This document shows positions 14,033-16,897 of a stretch of DNA of 16,897 nucleotides, piece by piece. Each line of letters starts with the position of its first letter. Position 1 is the stretch's first letter. The translations under genes were made by a program, and so were the position numbers. Source of the DNA: Myxococcales bacterium (GTDB lineage: Bacteria; Myxococcota_A; UBA9042); assembly GCA_037441385.1 (NCBI GenBank), contig JBBISH010000129.1, positions 1 through 16,897 of the forward strand, read 5' to 3'. The notes under the pieces were generated by a model that worked only from the letters and a program-made list of their open reading frames with translations, made no database searches and was not told the DNA's origin.

Positions 14033-15793
14033 GTGCGCCGACTCCTTCCCGCCGTTGCTGTAGCCTGTGGCACGCTCGCCTTGCTTGGCGCCGCGTGGTG
14101 GGGCAGCCGGCGACCGTCGGTCCCGCCGCCCCCTGACCAATGCCTGCCTTGCCATCTGCGCGAAAACCCTGGGGGTGTCCACGACGCCCTGGCCATGGGC
14201 TGCGCCACTTGCCATCTGGGCGACCGCAATGCCACCGAGAAGGTCGCGGCGCACCGCGGCATGACTCGCGACGCCGGCGATTTGGCTGTGGCCGGGCAGA
14301 CTTGCGGCAAGTCCGGCTGCCATCCCGGCGAACACGCGCGGGTTGCAGACTCGCTGATGGCCACGGCACGCGGCCTGGTCGCTGTGGATCGCTGGGCCTG
14401 GGGCCTGGCCGAGCAGCCAACGGGCACGACCACCATCCGTGAAGTGCTTGCAGCGCATGGACAAAGTGACGCAGATCGCCACCTGGCCAAGCTCTGCGCG
14501 GGCTGCCACCTGAGGGCGCCGCGGGCCAACCGCGACGACGCCTTGCAGGGACAGGGCGTGGGTTGCGCGGCCTGCCACACACCGGTGCGCACCGAAAAGG
14601 TGCAACCGGGGCACCCCAGCCTGGACAGCCGGCCCGACGACCGCCGCTGCCTGGGCTGCCACAGCCGCAGCAGCCGGATCAGTTTGACGTATCAAGGCCT
14701 TTACGAGCCGGCGGAGTGGGCCAAGTGCCCGGAGCCAGTGTCGCTGCCCGACGGGCGCACCGTCTGCCAGGCCGAGGCCGACGTGCACCTAGCTGCGGGG
14801 ATGGCCTGCATCGATTGCCACGGCTACAGCGACCTGATGGGGCGCAATGTCGGAGAATTGAGGGAGTTTCAGGCGGTAGAGGTCCGCTGCGAGTCGTGCC
14901 ACGGCCCGGTGCCGCGGGCCGAGCAGGGCCAGTGGCCGGCGGTGCTCCCCGAACCGCTTCGCCATCTGGCGGCTCTGCGCGCGCATCCACGCCAACCCGG
15001 CGAGCCCGCGCGTCTGGGCAAGAAGGGTGGACTGCTGTGGAACGTGGTGCCGGCTGGGCCTGGTAACCCCGCTCAGCTGCTCCGTAAAGCCGGCGGCGCG
15101 CCCTGGACGATCAAGCCGACACCGCTGAACGCGGACCATCGCCGGCCCGGCCACGAGCGTTTGAGCTGTCAGGCCTGCCACAGCGCGGTGGCGCCGACCT
15201 GTCCCACTTGCCACACCAGCCAGAACCCCGCAGGCCAACAGTGGGATTTTGCCGCCGGCGAAGTCACGGCTGGGCAGTTCGTGGAGCACGGCCCTTCGCA
15301 GGGGCTGCAACCGCCGGCACTGGGCGTGGCGCCCGATGGCCGCATTCTGCCGGCGATTCCCGGGATGCTGGCCCAGCTGCAGGGGGCGGACGGCGCGACG
15401 CGGGCACTGCACTTGTTCTCGACGCTGGACCCGCACGCCACCCGCAAGGCCGCGCGGACCTGCAGCGACTGCCACCGCCAGCCGCGCGCGATGGGCCTGG
15501 GCCAAGGTCAGCTGGACGTGGACCGGCAACCGCCCCAATTTGCGCCGCTGGTTCCGCAGCCAGGGGCCCCGGAGCGCGCTGCCGATGGTTGGACGGGGTT
15601 GGCCGACGCGCAGCCGGGTCAGAGCTCGCAGCCGGGGGCGCGGTCGCTCCATGCCAAGGAACTGCAGGCGATAGTCGAGGTTGGGCGCTGCCTGGGCTGC
15701 CACGACGCACGCGAAGAGCTGATCTTTGGGGATTTTGCCAAGGCCCGCGAGCGGGTGCAGCAGCCGGGAACTCGCTGCCGCGGCGCAAAGTAG
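14033..15793 (+). CDS. Multiheme cytochrome c (11 CxxCH + 1 CX4CH) with N-terminal signal/anchor
   Basis: CLPCH, CATCH, CGKSGCH, CAGCH, CAACH, CLGCH, CIDCH, CESCH, CQACH, CPTCH, CSDCH, CLGCH. Hydrophobic N-terminus. GTG start with no clear RBS. Confidence 0.9.
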   Translation: MRRLLPAVAVACGTLALLGAAWWGSRRPSVPPPPDQCLPCHLRENPGGVHDALAMGCATCHLGDRNATEKVAAHRGMTRDAGDLAVAGQTCGKSGCHPGEHARVADSLMATARGLVAVDRWAWGLAEQPTGTTTIREVLAAHGQSDADRHLAKLCAGCHLRAPRANRDDALQGQGVGCAACHTPVRTEKVQPGHPSLDSRPDDRRCLGCHSRSSRISLTYQGLYEPAEWAKCPEPVSLPDGRTVCQAEADVHLAAGMACIDCHGYSDLMGRNVGELREFQAVEVRCESCHGPVPRAEQGQWPAVLPEPLRHLAALRAHPRQPGEPARLGKKGGLLWNVVPAGPGNPAQLLRKAGGAPWTIKPTPLNADHRRPGHERLSCQACHSAVAPTCPTCHTSQNPAGQQWDFAAGEVTAGQFVEHGPSQGLQPPALGVAPDGRILPAIPGMLAQLQGADGATRALHLFSTLDPHATRKAARTCSDCHRQPRAMGLGQGQLDVDRQPPQFAPLVPQPGAPERAADGWTGLADAQPGQSSQPGARSLHAKELQAIVEVGRCLGCHDAREELIFGDFAKARERVQQPGTRCRGAK

Positions 15794-15799
15794 GCCCTT

Positions 15800-16348
15800 C
15801 TACTTCTTGTAGATTTCGCCGCGGCGCAGCTGACGGTACATGTCCAGCGACTCGCGCAGGATGTTCAGCGCGTCGGCCGGGCCCAAGAAGTTTTCCACGA
15901 CGACTTGCTTGTTTTCCAGGACCTTGTAGTCCTCGAAGAACCGCTTGATTTGCCGCAAGGTGTGGCCGGGCAGCTGGTCGTGATCGGTATAGTCGACGAA
16001 GGCTGGGTCGTGGACGCTGACGGCGATGATCTTGTCGTCGATGCCCTTGTCGTCGCGCATCCGCATGACGCCGATGGCGCGCGCCATCACGATGGTCATG
16101 GGGTACACGGGCTCTTGGCTGAGGACCAGCACGTCCAGGGCGTCGCCGTCGTCGCAGTAGGTGCGCGGGATGAAGCCGTAGTTGGAGGGGTAGTAGACCG
16201 CGCTGTGCAGCAGGCGATCCAAGCGCAAGAAGCCGGTCTCCTTGTCGATCTCGTACTTGTTCGAGCTGCCTTTGGGGACTTCGATGACCACGGGGAAGGC
16301 GGTTTCGATGACGGTTTCGTCGATGTAGATGTCGTGCCAGGCGTGCAT
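15800..16348 (-). CDS. ppa: Family I soluble inorganic pyrophosphatase
   Basis: VIEVPKGSSNKYEIDK, LDRLL, YPSNYGFIPRT, DGDALDVLV, DDKIIAV and FFEDYKVLE. Confidence 0.96.
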   Translation of the reverse strand: MHAWHDIYIDETVIETAFPVVIEVPKGSSNKYEIDKETGFLRLDRLLHSAVYYPSNYGFIPRTYCDDGDALDVLVLSQEPVYPMTIVMARAIGVMRMRDDKGIDDKIIAVSVHDPAFVDYTDHDQLPGHTLRQIKRFFEDYKVLENKQVVVENFLGPADALNILRESLDMYRQLRRGEIYKK

Positions 16349-16499
16349 GGGGTTGCTTCTGGCGCGCCGGGGATTGGCGCGGCGGGCGCACGATACAAGC
16401 CACCGCGGGGGGGTGCAAGTTGCCTGGGCGACGCATTGAGTTGGGCTCGGTGGGATTGCCGAAGTGAGTTCTGGGGTTCTGCGCGCCGTGCGCGCCGGT

Positions 16500-16691
16500 C
16501 TACTTGTCGCATCGGTTATTCAAGACCGCGCCGAGCACGGCCGCCACCAGCAGCGCCACCAACGCGCCGGCCATGAAGCCGCTGGGGATGGCGGCCAGCC
16601 ACGACCAGCCGTGGTGGCGGGCCAGGTGCCAGACCAGGGCGGGGCTGGCGATCCAGAAGGTGAGGTTGGCGGCAAGGTCGCTTGGGCGCAT
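16500..16691 (-). CDS. Small putative membrane protein (about 63 aa; alternative start 16721)
   Basis: MRPSDLAANLTFWIASPALVWHLARHHGWSWLAAIPSGFMAGALVALLVAAVLGAVLNNRCDK has two hydrophobic segments and GC-rich third codon positions. Confidence 0.5.
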   Translation of the reverse strand: MRPSDLAANLTFWIASPALVWHLARHHGWSWLAAIPSGFMAGALVALLVAAVLGAVLNNRCDK

Positions 16692-16806
16692 GGGGTAGGG
16701 TAGATCAGGGCGGGCTCCCATTGCCACTTGGCCATTTCGCTTGCACGGGCCCGCGCCGCCCTGGCAAACTGCCGATGGCCCAAGTGCGGCCACGCCCCAG
16801 GTGCCC

Positions 16807-16897
16807 ATGCCCGCCCCCAAACCCGTACATGCTCCCTACACCTACACCGATTACCTGGCCTGGGACGACGGCCAGCGCTGGGAAATCATCGACGGCG
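16807..16897 (+). CDS. Uma2/DUF820-family putative endonuclease, 3'-truncated
   Basis: Own translation: MPAPKPVHAPYTYTDYLAWDDGQRWEIIDG. The YTYxDYLxW...RxEIIDG N-terminus is characteristic of Uma2 proteins. AGGTG lies upstream. Absent from the ORF track because it is truncated. Confidence 0.8.
   Translation, partial: MPAPKPVHAPYTYTDYLAWDDGQRWEIIDG

Noticed and set aside
12739..14592. 617-aa - strand ORF and the many other overlapping Arg/Pro/Ala-rich ORFs in the track
   Set aside because: Alternative-frame artefacts of GC-rich DNA overlapping well-supported genes.
16807..16897. Uma2 nuclease as a defence system or mobile element
   Set aside because: Only 30 codons are visible, and Uma2/DUF820 genes are commonly scattered as multi-copy singletons. 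No supporting neighbours.

Overview
GC-rich bacterial DNA, probably Myxococcota/deltaproteobacterial. This is inferred from a MYXO-CTERM-like tail, lipoproteins with Asp/Ala-rich linkers and CGxGxC..GE..C..DC repeats. The left half (1-7855) encodes cell-envelope proteins: the 3' end of a fibre-like protein with 37-aa repeats, a Cys-rich lipoprotein, a small exported protein coupled to a 917-aa surface CHAP hydrolase, a small outer-membrane beta-barrel behind a 17/19 Fur box, and a lipoprotein with a Nir2/RdgB-like Ig+LNS2 HAD module. The right half (8016-15793) is a co-oriented sulfur/chalcogen respiration cluster: thioredoxin, a PsrABC/PhsABC-type molybdoenzyme complex, two YeeE/YedE half-transporters and a cytochrome c with about 12 hemes. 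The second YeeE is fused to a rhodanese-like domain lacking the usual catalytic Cys and ends in a KKGGGC tail. The window closes with ppa, a small membrane ORF and the start of a Uma2-family nuclease. A promoter-like element followed by a possible structured RNA lies in the convergent gap at 933-1100. No tRNA, rRNA, CRISPR array or transposase was seen. Family assignments come from motifs recognised by eye; no searches were run.
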